A stretch of 64,000 nt of DNA from the IMG/VR virus record IMGVR_UViG_3300018080_000162. One strand, 5' to 3'. Every line of letters begins with the position of its first letter. Within the stretch, counting starts at the first letter, position 1. The position numbers were made by a program, and so were the translations under genes. The stretch is from an uncultured virus (IMG/VR IMGVR_UViG_3300018080_000162). Lineage: Duplodnaviria > Heunggongvirae > Uroviricota > Caudoviricetes. Below are positions 47,342 through 56,341 of this stretch, piece after piece. The notes beneath the pieces are model-generated. The model searched no databases. It saw only the letters and a list, made by a program, of their open reading frames with translations, and was not told the origin of the DNA.

Positions 47342-47597
47342 AAATTGCGCGGAAACCCATCTCCTGCTGAATGAACGCAGGAAGGAATGGAATGGATACG
47401 ATGAAATACGATGGGAGAAAGGATACGTCATCTGTGGTTTTTGTGAGCCGATGATACACAGTGCGGCGAATCGAATGCCTATTGATATTCCGCTCATGGC
47501 AATCAGTTCCGTGTGCCCTTATTTTCTGGAGCATGTGATGGAGGCTCAAAATGCTGAGCATGAAAATTTGCCAGAAATGCTGGCAAAGCCTGAATAA
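47319..47597 (+). CDS. ZLEH family protein
   Basis: MLSKKVCRNC...VCPYFLEH. Confidence 0.8.
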   Translation: MLSKKVCRNCAETHLLLNERRKEWNGYDEIRWEKGYVICGFCEPMIHSAANRMPIDIPLMAISSVCPYFLEHVMEAQNAEHENLPEMLAKPE

Positions 47598-47757
47598 GAC
47601 ATACTGGCCGTCAGAGAAGAAATCCGAGTCCCGATGGAATTGTTCTCTATGGGTGACGAGATTCGAATATGACCCGATGAATCTAAGCACGAGGTCAAAA
47701 CCGCCCAAGGATTGCCCTTATGCCTTAGAACACCAACTGGAAACTCAAAAGTGTTGA
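47551..47757 (+). CDS. ZLEH family protein
   Basis: MLSMKICQKC...PPKDCPYALEH. Confidence 0.8.
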   Translation: MLSMKICQKCWQSLNKTYWPSEKKSESRWNCSLWVTRFEYDPMNLSTRSKPPKDCPYALEHQLETQKC

Positions 47758-47981
47758 GTAAGAAAATCTGTAAACAATGCGAGTGGCGTAGAACTTCAAA
47801 CAAGTATTTTCCCTACTTGCTAAAATGGCCGAAAGGAAAGTGGTTCTGTATGTGGTCGGGCTATTATCTGGAAGTTAAGAGTAAACTGATTCCCGATTGT
47901 ATCTATGCCCTCGAACATTTGATGGAGAATCAAACAGCAAATGATGAACAAGAAAATCTGCAAGCAATGCGGAAGGTTTAA
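47751..47981 (+). CDS. ZLEH family protein
   Basis: LSKKICKQC...PDCIYALEH. Confidence 0.8.
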   Translation: MLSKKICKQCEWRRTSNKYFPYLLKWPKGKWFCMWSGYYLEVKSKLIPDCIYALEHLMENQTANDEQENLQAMRKV

Positions 47982-48117
47982 TCAATATTACCGCCAAAGA
48001 AAAGCTTGGTCTTGTAGCGTTCCTGATGGAGGAGCTTGGATGATTTTTACGCATAGCGACGTTCCGTATTTTTGCCCGTTCTACCTCGAACACCAACTGG
48101 AAACTCAAAAGTGTTGA
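47941..48117 (+). CDS. ZLEH family protein (not in ORF track)
   Basis: manual translation: MMNKKICKQC...PYFCPFYLEH. Confidence 0.75.
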   Translation: MMNKKICKQCGRFNQYYRQRKAWSCSVPDGGAWMIFTHSDVPYFCPFYLEHQLETQKC

Positions 48118-48359
48118 ACAAGCGGCTCTGTAAACGCTGTTGGCAGGAAGCCATCCGTAATTCTGCACTCTGGAAGGATTATGTCCGAGGACTGAAATGG
48201 ATGGAAAAAGCCATGTGGGATGATGATACTGAAATTGCCTGCGTGGTGCAGGGACAAGACCCGAATCTTTCACCCTTTCGTATTCCGGTGGATTCATCGC
48301 CGCCGAAACATTGCCCGTTCTACCTCGAACACCTGATGGAAAACAAAAATGCCCGCTGA
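48111..48359 (+). CDS. ZLEH family protein
   Basis: LNKRLCKRC...PPKHCPFYLEH. Confidence 0.8.
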   Translation: MLNKRLCKRCWQEAIRNSALWKDYVRGLKWMEKAMWDDDTEIACVVQGQDPNLSPFRIPVDSSPPKHCPFYLEHLMENKNAR

Positions 48360-48714
48360 AGTATGCACTGTGCTCGACCCGAAATACTGGCTGGCCTACA
48401 AGCCAACTTCATGGTGGCAGCGTTGGCTGTACGAAAGAGAACTGGAAAAGAATGGAGGCGATTGGGATTTCAGCAATTATGAGCCTCTCGAAAAGTGGGA
48501 TAGAAACCTGTGCTTCCAATGCTATCGAAAACAGAACCCTCCCGACATCTGGCAGTCAGAATTGATTCGGAACAAAAGGATTCGCATGATGCCTTGCTGC
48601 GTAACCAATTCGCACATACCCGTTAGAAACGGCCCTCCAGACGAGTGCCCTTTCCATCTTGAGCATTATCTGAAAACCCAAGGAGAACAAAAACATGTCC
48701 CCTTGTGTCAATGA
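48349..48714 (+). CDS. protein with C-terminal ZLEH domain
   Basis: LCFQC...PPDECPFHLEH. Confidence 0.75.
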   Translation: MPAEVCTVLDPKYWLAYKPTSWWQRWLYERELEKNGGDWDFSNYEPLEKWDRNLCFQCYRKQNPPDIWQSELIRNKRIRMMPCCVTNSHIPVRNGPPDECPFHLEHYLKTQGEQKHVPLCQ

Positions 48715-48889
48715 AAACTGCCGAAAAGACCCTCTGAATTCCCTGAAGGCCGTTATCGTCAACATCGACGGCGATATGGCCTGCTGCCCTGAATGCAGAG
48801 ATGAGTACGAAAAACAGAAGCAATACTTTTTTGACCATATTGTGCATGATGAAGCCAAATGCGAAAAATGGTTGAAAGGAGAAATCTGA
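48695..48889 (+). CDS. small Cys-rich protein
   Basis: CVNENC...CCPEC. Confidence 0.55.
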   Translation: MSPCVNENCRKDPLNSLKAVIVNIDGDMACCPECRDEYEKQKQYFFDHIVHDEAKCEKWLKGEI

Positions 48890-48892
48890 CAC

Positions 48893-49159
48893 ATGGATGA
48901 CGAACTCAACAACATCGTGCATGGACTCGGTTCTGTCCCCCTGCCAGCCCTTATCGAAGAAATCAAAAAACGCTTCGATGTGGCTATTTTTTATGGCATC
49001 GCCCGCACACGGTCGAAAGAAGGCAACTTCGCCATCGACCTTAAAGGCGAACCGTGGCAAGTCAGAGGACTGATTGCCGAATTGCAGGACTATATCCGCA
49101 GAAATACTCCCACAATGCCCGAACTATCCGAGGATGATGAGGAAGATGATGAGGACTGA
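48893..49159 (+). CDS. hypothetical protein
   Basis: 88 aa, acidic tail. Confidence 0.6.
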   Translation: MDDELNNIVHGLGSVPLPALIEEIKKRFDVAIFYGIARTRSKEGNFAIDLKGEPWQVRGLIAELQDYIRRNTPTMPELSEDDEEDDED

Positions 49160-49171
49160 AGGAAAACGACA

Positions 49172-49426
49172 ATGAAAATCAAAACTGTTATTGTCAAAAA
49201 AGACGAGCACCCGCTCTTCAGCATAGAAACAGGCGAACTTGTCGAGAAAGGATTCACAGGACAGCATTCAAAATGCCTGCTCTATCCTATCTCGCCCGAA
49301 CAATTGGAACGGACGGCAAAAATGCTCCGAAATGCTCAAGAATACGATATGAACTTCGTCTTCTTTGTCAATCCCTCTAAAAATTCCATCGGTGCCGGTT
49401 ATACAGAAACAAAAAATGCCCAATAG
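49172..49426 (+). CDS. hypothetical protein
   Basis: 84 aa with RBS. Confidence 0.55.
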   Translation: MKIKTVIVKKDEHPLFSIETGELVEKGFTGQHSKCLLYPISPEQLERTAKMLRNAQEYDMNFVFFVNPSKNSIGAGYTETKNAQ

Positions 49427-49640
49427 AAAAATCTGCGGCAAATGCTGGTATGAGTATAATAGACTGGTGGGAATGAGCGGCTTCTATGGCCTGCTTGGAA
49501 ATCGGTGGAATTGTTCCCGACGATGGGAAAGTCCTACCAGTAGTGAGCAACCTGAACTCTGGCTCACGGAAAAAGATAAACCACCTGAGCAATGCCCGTT
49601 TTACCTGGAACACGTGCTGGAAGTGCAAAATGCTGAGTAA
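49416..49640 (+). CDS. ZLEH family protein
   Basis: NRKICGKC...PPEQCPFYLEH. Confidence 0.8.
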   Translation: MPNRKICGKCWYEYNRLVGMSGFYGLLGNRWNCSRRWESPTSSEQPELWLTEKDKPPEQCPFYLEHVLEVQNAE

Positions 49641-49857
49641 GGAGATTTGCAGACGCTGTTGGCAGAAAAATCGCTCTCATCATTTGATAGAGATTAAAAA
49701 ATGCAGCTTTGAATATCTATGGACACGCGATTTGTTGTTGTGGATTATTCCGAGGCGGGGTGAGAAGTGGTCTTGTAAGAAATCAGAAGATGCCCCGATG
49801 CAGTGCCCGTTCTACCTTGAGCACATGATGGAAACGTTCGAAGGGAATGTGAAATGA
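49630..49857 (+). CDS. ZLEH family protein
   Basis: MLSKEICRRC...PMQCPFYLEH. Confidence 0.8.
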   Translation: MLSKEICRRCWQKNRSHHLIEIKKCSFEYLWTRDLLLWIIPRRGEKWSCKKSEDAPMQCPFYLEHMMETFEGNVK

Positions 49858-50066
49858 ACTGCCGATTCTGTGGGGTTGAATTGCAGGAGCCTGAAGAGCT
49901 TGAAGAGGAAATCTGTAAACACTGTATGTTCAAATGCGAAAAATGCGGGAGCAGAGATTACACGGATTCCGACATGGGAAACAGATACAAAGGCCCTCTT
50001 ACTTACTGCCCTGCTTGCAATCATTGGACAGACCAATGGAAAGCTTATGAAAGGGCTAACAAATGA
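49854..50066 (+). CDS. small Zn-ribbon protein
   Basis: four CxxC motifs. Confidence 0.6.
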   Translation: MNCRFCGVELQEPEELEEEICKHCMFKCEKCGSRDYTDSDMGNRYKGPLTYCPACNHWTDQWKAYERANK

Positions 50067-50560
50067 TTCTCTTCAAAAAACAAACGTATGATGAATACAT
50101 GGACTCCGAAATCATTGAACTCTGTGACGCCATGAACTGCCTGTGGGGAATCCGAACGATAGATTCATGCTCAGGACACGGCAAAAACCCTCTCACGATT
50201 TTCTTCGAAGTCCGTGACCCCGTTGGCATCTTTTTCCTGACCCGCTGCGTGGATAAAAGATACTTCAAGTACGGCGGCTCTTGGTCAATCACGCTCTCTG
50301 TCGGAGACCAAAAAGGCGAAGACGGCTATCTGCCAACAACCTATCTCCTGCAAAATACGACCTGCGGAAAACAAGCCTGCAAGGAAGCGAATGCCCTGAT
50401 TGCCAATATCGTCCACCACCTGAATCACAAAAACTTCCTCAAAGGCTATTCCATCGACCTCAGCAGATTCGATGTGGAAGGCGAAGAGCTTGGAGATGAC
50501 TGGTGGGAGAAAATAAAGGGGCTGGAGTATGCTGACCTGCGGGAGATGCAAAAATGCTGA
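50063..50560 (+). CDS. hypothetical protein
   Basis: DSEIIELCDAMN...TIDSCSGHG motif. Confidence 0.65.
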   Translation: MILFKKQTYDEYMDSEIIELCDAMNCLWGIRTIDSCSGHGKNPLTIFFEVRDPVGIFFLTRCVDKRYFKYGGSWSITLSVGDQKGEDGYLPTTYLLQNTTCGKQACKEANALIANIVHHLNHKNFLKGYSIDLSRFDVEGEELGDDWWEKIKGLEYADLREMQKC

Positions 50561-50796
50561 GCAAAAAAGTCTGTCAACGATGTTACCGAACTACGGGCTT
50601 CATTCATTTTAAGAAATATAGGAATTGGACGGAAATGGACGAGAAACACTGGAAGCAAGGGCATCTATTTTGTGTGCTTGCGCTAAGAAAGGAATTCGAG
50701 GCAACCAAGGCGAACTTGTCTATTGAGAATGACCCTCCTCTCTATTGCCCTTTTCATCTGGAACACATGATGGAGACCCCAAATGCCCAAATGTGA
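50554..50796 (+). CDS. ZLEH family protein
   Basis: MLSKKVCQRC...PPLYCPFHLEH. Confidence 0.8.
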   Translation: MLSKKVCQRCYRTTGFIHFKKYRNWTEMDEKHWKQGHLFCVLALRKEFEATKANLSIENDPPLYCPFHLEHMMETPNAQM

Positions 50797-51055
50797 ACAC
50801 CCTTGTGTCGTCTGCGGAAAATCCACCTTTATGGAAAACTACATGGTTCACAATAAGGTCTGGTTCAAGGAAGCCGGACTGAGAAAAGGCCATTGCCACC
50901 TGAAATGCCTCGAAAAACTGCTGAAAAGAAAACTGACTCCCAAAGACTTCTACCGACGACTGCCCGTCAATCACCAGTTCTTCTTCGGACTCAAAATGGC
51001 AAAAAGAGAGAAAATACCCAACAATGCTAAACAAAAAAATCTGCCAAAAGTGTAA
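50783..51055 (+). CDS. small Zn-binding protein
   Basis: CVVCG...YMVHNKVW...CHLKCLEKLL...DF. Confidence 0.6.
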   Translation: MPKCEHPCVVCGKSTFMENYMVHNKVWFKEAGLRKGHCHLKCLEKLLKRKLTPKDFYRRLPVNHQFFFGLKMAKREKIPNNAKQKNLPKV

Positions 51056-51218
51056 AATGACATGGGATGAGTTCGATGAAGAATGCTGGACTCTCAATGC
51101 CGTCTACTGCCCCCTCCACTATGGAAAACCCCGCCCCGCTTCCATGAACGATAACCGTTATATCCCTGACCATTGCTATTTCGCACTGGAACAGACTATA
51201 GAGACCCAAAATGACTGA
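51024..51218 (+). CDS. ZLEH family protein
   Basis: MLNKKICQKC...PDHCYFALEQ. Confidence 0.8.
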   Translation: MLNKKICQKCKMTWDEFDEECWTLNAVYCPLHYGKPRPASMNDNRYIPDHCYFALEQTIETQND

Positions 51219-51495
51219 AAACAGCCTCAACCCCCTTATCTGCCTCAAATGCCTCTGTACGCGCCCTACAGATAAAAAAACATGGACTGAGAAGAACAAA
51301 GCCTTCTTCATGGAAAACTGGCATGTTTACAAAAAAGTCTTCTGCGAGAAAAACGGCAGCAATGTCAATGTCACTCAACCAGCACCCCCCTGCTGCCCCT
51401 TCCATCTGGAACATAACCTCAGCGATAAAGAAGATAAACCCGAAAACCAATGGAGATTGCTCCAAAAAGTCTTCGAGAAAGAAAGAAACCCGTAA
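51211..51495 (+). CDS. ZLEH family protein
   Basis: ICLKC...PPCCPFHLEH. Confidence 0.75.
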   Translation: MTENSLNPLICLKCLCTRPTDKKTWTEKNKAFFMENWHVYKKVFCEKNGSNVNVTQPAPPCCPFHLEHNLSDKEDKPENQWRLLQKVFEKERNP

Positions 51496-51498
51496 CCC

Positions 51499-51687
51499 AT
51501 GCCGAATAAAGAACTCTGTAAACGATGTACTGTGGAATTCGGTTATAAATGGCGTCCCGATGACGATGAAAAATGGGATAAATTCCAAGTCTTCGCCTGC
51601 GTTGTCGAAGAAAGATATATGAAAACAGAAACCGACCCTCCTCCCTCATGCCCCTACTATTTGGAACATCTGCTGCAATTTCATTAA
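51499..51687 (+). CDS. ZLEH family protein
   Basis: NKELCKRC...PPPSCPYYLEH. Confidence 0.8.
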   Translation: MPNKELCKRCTVEFGYKWRPDDDEKWDKFQVFACVVEERYMKTETDPPPSCPYYLEHLLQFH

Positions 51688-51746
51688 GTTCATTAAGTAA
51701 CGAGGGAGGAGAAGATATAGAATGCTCAAGGAAGAGGAAAGAATAA

Positions 51747-51965
51747 ATGATTCATAGAACCATCTGCAACCAATGCCAATGGAACCTCCTCAGTAAACAT
51801 AAAGAGAAAAGAAACTACCCCAAGTTCTATATCCCATGCAATGTAGTACACCCCGAAGCCCAATCCAGACCCGTCTACCTCTCCTCCGAAAGCAATCCCC
51901 CCTCCACCTGCCCCTTCTACCTCGAACATCACCTGCAATCCCAAGAAAAAGAGAAAAGTGGATAG
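51747..51965 (+). CDS. ZLEH family protein (last in window)
   Basis: ICNQC...PPSTCPFYLEH. Confidence 0.8.
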   Translation: MIHRTICNQCQWNLLSKHKEKRNYPKFYIPCNVVHPEAQSRPVYLSSESNPPSTCPFYLEHHLQSQEKEKSG

Positions 51966-52402
51966 CGTCGTACCAAAGGAGCCAGATAAAAGAACAGGAA
52001 GTAAGAAAAGTGGGCAGCGTCGTACCAAAGGATAACCTGCCCCCTGCCTCATGTCCCATGTCAGCACACCTAATCCCAATCCCCCTCTCCCCCCTCATAA
52101 ACAAAGCCACTTTTATCGGTAGGAAGTTCGTTTTTCTACGAAAGAACCCGTGGAGTGTGTACGTTTAAGCCTCTAATTAAGGTTTGGAAAAAAGTAACGT
52201 ATGTACTTTTTCGATAATAGAGTGACTTCTCTACCGATAATTTGAGGCCGAGGGAGGGGTTTGGAAAGGTCTTCCCTAAGTACAAAAAGCCAGCCAAACG
52301 CGACAGAAAAAATCCTCACGCGCCAAAAAGAAATTTAGTCAGAGCAAAAAAGTTGCCCCGTGGAAAGAGCACGGGGCAAAGAGGGAGGAAGAGGGGAGGA
52401 AT

Positions 52403-52966
52403 TTACTCGGCGGCGGCTTTAGCTTCGGCCTTGCAGTAGTTGAAGCCGTAATATCCCCAACAGGAATCCACGACTTCTTCTTCTGTGTTTCCGCAGGAGT
52501 CGCAGGTTTCTTTCGTGGAGATTGTGTAGCCGTAGATGTCGCCGCAGAAGTAGCGGTCGTAGGTTTCGATTTCAGCCGCGAGGATTTCAGCGGTTTTCTC
52601 ACGGAGCTTTTTCGTGAGGAGTTTCTTGCCGAAGTTTTTCAGGATGGTTTCACGGTCGGCGTAGATGATTCCGCGCATGCCGGAGTCGAATTCCGCATGA
52701 CCTTGGGGGAGCAGGCCGTGGAAGGAAGCGGTGCGGAGCCGAGTGCCGGAATGGATATAGGCATAGACGGGGAGCCACACCACGTCTTTGCGTTCGGTGA
52801 TTTCGCGGATTTCTTCGGGTGTGACTTGTTCGTCGCCGAGAACATAGCGAGACGACGTATAGAGGATGGTGCCGAGATTATCGTCGTCACGGGGGGAAGT
52901 GGGGTTTTCGTCTTGGAAGATGCGAACGATTTTGTTTCCGACTTCGAAGGTTTCGATGGTGTCCAT
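52403..52966 (-). CDS. phage hypothetical protein
   Basis: SPRDDDNLG, LPVYAYIHSG, DSG, GDIYGY, DSCWGYYG; has its own promoter motif. Confidence 0.75.
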   Translation of the reverse strand: MDTIETFEVGNKIVRIFQDENPTSPRDDDNLGTILYTSSRYVLGDEQVTPEEIREITERKDVVWLPVYAYIHSGTRLRTASFHGLLPQGHAEFDSGMRGIIYADRETILKNFGKKLLTKKLREKTAEILAAEIETYDRYFCGDIYGYTISTKETCDSCGNTEEEVVDSCWGYYGFNYCKAEAKAAAE

Positions 52967-53000
52967 TGATTTCTCCTTTCGTTTCTGTTTCGTTTCCACT

Positions 53001-53011
53001 ATTCTATACGG
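53001..53011 (-). promoter_or_regulatory. early-type promoter motif (minus strand)
   Basis: reverse complement reads CCGTATAGAAT, upstream of the 52966 gene. Confidence 0.6.
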
Positions 53012-53099
53012 TTTGCGCGAAAAAAATCAATACTCAAAATCTAAAAATCGCAAAAAAGTTTTGGGTGTTCCAGAAAGGCAGGAGACGGCGTAAAGGGGT

Positions 53100-53126
53100 T
53101 TAACAGAATGCCCTGCGAGATTTTTT
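53100..53126 (+). repeat. dispersed intergenic motif TAACAGAATGCCCTGYGAGATTTTT
   Basis: other copies at 56698, 60561, 63101; reverse copies at 55363, 55466, 56575. Confidence 0.8.
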
Positions 53127-53209
53127 CTGAAACGATTATCGGCAGGAATTTCGTTTTTCTATGAAAAAATTATCGGTAGGAATTTCGTTTTTCTATGAAA
53201 AATAAGTGC

Positions 53210-53238
53210 TTGAAAATTACGAGGATTCCGTATAGAAG
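53210..53238 (+). promoter_or_regulatory. early-type promoter motif
   Basis: TTGAAA...TCCGTATAGAAG. Confidence 0.65.
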
Positions 53239-53256
53239 GGTGGAAAGGAAAGAGAG

Positions 53257-53448
53257 ATGAGCAAAGTCAGAAAACACCATGATGAGCGGGATGACGAGAT
53301 GGCTCGGAAGTTCATGGTTGCGGCTCGGTTGAAGGAATACCAGCCGCACAAGCCGATGGGCAAGGGGCAGGTGAAGGACAAGCAGAGAATCAAGGCGAAC
53401 GAGAGCATGATAGAGCGGAAAATCTATCTGAGGAACGTGATAGGATGA
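53257..53448 (+). CDS. hypothetical protein
   Basis: follows promoter and RBS. Confidence 0.55.
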   Translation: MSKVRKHHDERDDEMARKFMVAARLKEYQPHKPMGKGQVKDKQRIKANESMIERKIYLRNVIG

Positions 53449-53681
53449 GCGGACACGAGTTTTGCCGGATATTGCTCAGGGAGACGATGAAGACGGTTCG
53501 GAAGCACGTCTCTTCTGAGGAAATTAAGAAGGCTTGGGCATACAAGACGGGTTTTGGCGATTTCGAGTTTCACGGGCCTGAGGATTTTTACGCTTACAGT
53601 CTGCATGGTGCTGACTGTCTGTGGTCGGCCAAGGCTGAGGGTTGGCAGAAGTATTTGGAATCGAAAGGAGTGGAGGAATGA
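53445..53681 (+). CDS. hypothetical protein
   Basis: 78 aa, overlap coupling. Confidence 0.6.
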   Translation: MSGHEFCRILLRETMKTVRKHVSSEEIKKAWAYKTGFGDFEFHGPEDFYAYSLHGADCLWSAKAEGWQKYLESKGVEE

Positions 53682-53929
53682 GCAAGGTGGATTACGATGT
53701 AGTCGGGCCTGAGTTGTATAGTGCGTTGAAGGCCATTCTTGATTGTGAGCTTGTCGAGTGTGGAGAGCACGGAGACGGCCCTTGTTGCGTATTGTGTGGT
53801 GGGTTGCAGACGTATCGGCGTGGTGCTCATGGGATTTATCTTGACATTGACCACGATTCTGATTGCCCGATACACGCTGCCAAGGCTGCTGTTGCCAAGG
53901 TTGATGAAGTCAAGGCGAAGTCTGAGTAA
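53678..53929 (+). CDS. small Cys/His protein
   Basis: CVLCG...HDSDCP. Confidence 0.55.
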   Translation: MSKVDYDVVGPELYSALKAILDCELVECGEHGDGPCCVLCGGLQTYRRGAHGIYLDIDHDSDCPIHAAKAAVAKVDEVKAKSE

Positions 53930-54259
53930 CAGCGAAGCACAATTCGCTGGAAATCCCCTGTAAGTGTCTGAAACATAGGCATTTATGAGGGGATTTTTTT
54001 TGATTTTTCTTCAAAAGCTTCAAAAAACGCAAAAAAACGCTTAAAAAGTGCTTTTTTTCTTCTATAGGGCCTGAAAACGGCTTTTTTCTTAAAAGTACGG
54101 TTTTTGGGTGTGTTTTGGGAGAAAAGTTGCAGGAAATGGAGTTTGATGGCATTTTGGACTGATTGAAGCGAAAACGGGACGAAAGGCTGGATTGGGCTGA
54201 TTTGGGGAAATTGGGCAGGAATGCGGATTTTGCTTGAAAACGGGCATTTTCGGGGTATA

Positions 54260-55276
54260 ATGAAAGTGGAGGTTTGGGACGATATTGGGACGAAAGGGCA
54301 GAAAGTGGAGTTTTTGATTGCACAGGAGCCGGTGGTAAAAGAGGGTGACGGGCCGTTGGTGGTCAAGCTGGCGGCTCCGAGTCCACCGAAGCGCAAGGAT
54401 GCTTGGTTGGCGAAGATTGTGGGCGAGGATGCGGCTTACACATTCAGGAGGGAGTTCATAAAGAAGAGCGATTCGGAGGTTGCTGAGCATTTTTATCATG
54501 TTTTCAAGGGTTTGAAGGATGGAGTTTACGAAGCGCACACGGAATTGAGGTCGGGGAAGAACAAGCGGACGTTTTTTGAAATCAGGAAGGGCGAAGTGGA
54601 TTGGATGGAGTTCGAGAGGGAGAAGGTTTTGGACATCATAAGGGGCGGTGAGAGGACAGAGGAGGAGAAAGAAGAGGTTGACGAGGCTGAGGAGCGGCAT
54701 TTTAGGGAGTACATACGGTTGCAGGAGCAGAGTGAGTTTGTTGGGTTGCCGTCTTTGGTGGGGAGTGAGCGTCAAGTCAGGTGGGGAGAGAAAATCAGGC
54801 ATGACCATATTGAACGGCTGGCGATAAACGGGCAATTGACGGATTCGGTGTTGCGTTATTTGTGGCGTTATGATGCTGCGGACTGGTGGATTTCGCGCAA
54901 GCGTTACGACGAGTTCATTGACAAGGTGCATGGGGACATTGTGCGCGAGAGTGGGGAGTTGGACAAGGAAAATGCAGAGTTGGGGATGAAGAAAGGCGGT
55001 TTGGAGGATGCGTTGAAGGCGGTGCGGGAGTTGAAGCATGGTTTTGACGCGGGTGTTTTGTCGATGAAGGATTATCAGTCGGGTTTGGAAATTATTGGCG
55101 ATTTATTGAAAAAGTTCAAGACTGGTGGATTTGATGACAAGTCGGATTTTGATGACGAGTCGGATTCTGAGGTTTTGAAAAAAGTAGAGAAGTTAAGAGA
55201 CGAGAGGAAGAAAAGGGTACATGATGAAGAGGATGGCATGATTTACGATTATTGCGACGATGACCCGCCTTTCTGA
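54260..55276 (+). CDS. hypothetical protein
   Basis: long ORF with LPSLVGSERQVRWGEKIR...AADWWI motif; start uncertain. Confidence 0.7.
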   Translation: MKVEVWDDIGTKGQKVEFLIAQEPVVKEGDGPLVVKLAAPSPPKRKDAWLAKIVGEDAAYTFRREFIKKSDSEVAEHFYHVFKGLKDGVYEAHTELRSGKNKRTFFEIRKGEVDWMEFEREKVLDIIRGGERTEEEKEEVDEAEERHFREYIRLQEQSEFVGLPSLVGSERQVRWGEKIRHDHIERLAINGQLTDSVLRYLWRYDAADWWISRKRYDEFIDKVHGDIVRESGELDKENAELGMKKGGLEDALKAVRELKHGFDAGVLSMKDYQSGLEIIGDLLKKFKTGGFDDKSDFDDESDSEVLKKVEKLRDERKKRVHDEEDGMIYDYCDDDPPF

Positions 55277-55834
55277 TTTCGGCACATCTTTTTAGGCATA
55301 TCCTGTAGACCCCTGTAGAAGGCATCGAGAGGCTGTTTCGAGGCGGTTTAGGTTTCGGGTGGAAAAATCTCAGGGGGCATTCTGTTAAGCCGTTTTTGAC
55401 TCAAAACTGGATTTTTGCGCGAGTAGTGAAACTACCCAAAAAAGTACCTGTCCCCAATTTTGCCGAAAAATCTCATGGCGCATTTTGTTGGGAATTCTTG
55501 CATTTCGGGTTTTTCTGGATTTTCAGGCATTTCTTGCATTTCGGGCATTTTGGCATTTTTGGTGAATTTTGAGTTTGAGAGGAATCGGCATTTTTTGGCT
55601 CCATTCAAAAATGGAATTTTTCGCGGGAGCGTGATTCAGGTCGAAAAGTGGATTTTTGCTGATTTTGGCTTGTAAAGCCATGATGTTCAAAAGTCCCTAT
55701 TCAGAAGTGGAAAGTCATAAGTCACGAAGTTTGCTGCATTCCAAAAAGTGCCCTTATATTGCATCGAGAGTAGGCTTTCGAGGCATTCTGAGGGGGTCTC
55801 GGAAAAGAAAGACACCATAATATATTTTATCGGA

Positions 55835-56341
55835 CTATAGTTTTTTCCCTTGTTTTTTGAGAAATCTATAAAAGAGTTCGGGTCTGGAAGTTTTGAGGCG
55901 ATGACAATTGACACAGAGAGTCCAAAGATTTGTGACATCATTATTGTTTTTATCGTTATCTTTGTGGTCAACGTCGAGTTGGCAAGGGTCAAGTGCGATG
56001 AATCCGCAGGCTTGACAACAGTCTGCCTTCACAGCCCGATAAGGTTCCATTGTTATTTTATGGCATGTTTTGCAATAGCTGTAGAGTTCTTCTCGTCCAT
56101 AGCGTTTGCCTTTATAGAATTCATCTGGAGGCAGATACCGGCGGCATTTTGCGCATCTTTTTAGGTCGTTTTTTCTTTGTAGCCTTTTCCCTTTTCCATG
56201 TTTGGCATATTCGGCTATTCTGTGAGGGTCAGTAGCACAGGTCTTGCAGTATCCCACATAGCCGCTTCTGACAGAATTTCGTTTGTGAAAATGGCTTAGC
56301 GGTTTTTCTTGATGACACCACTTGCAGGTCAAGGTTTTCAT
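55835..56341 (-). CDS. HNH endonuclease with N-terminal Zn fingers
   Basis: CQACG...LDVDHKDNDKNNNDVTNLWTLCVNCHRLKT; two N-terminal CxxC...CxxC units. Confidence 0.85.
   Translation of the reverse strand: MKTLTCKWCHQEKPLSHFHKRNSVRSGYVGYCKTCATDPHRIAEYAKHGKGKRLQRKNDLKRCAKCRRYLPPDEFYKGKRYGREELYSYCKTCHKITMEPYRAVKADCCQACGFIALDPCQLDVDHKDNDKNNNDVTNLWTLCVNCHRLKTSRPELFYRFLKKQGKKL

Noticed and set aside
612..51965. DGR or integron as the cause of ZLEH diversity
   Set aside because: No reverse transcriptase, TR/VR pair with adenine-specific differences, integrase or attC-like palindromes were seen in the window.
53910..54396. ORFs in the AT-rich 53.9-54.2 kb and 55.3-56.9 kb stretches
   Set aside because: Low-complexity, motif-rich intergenic DNA; only the HNH gene is supported.
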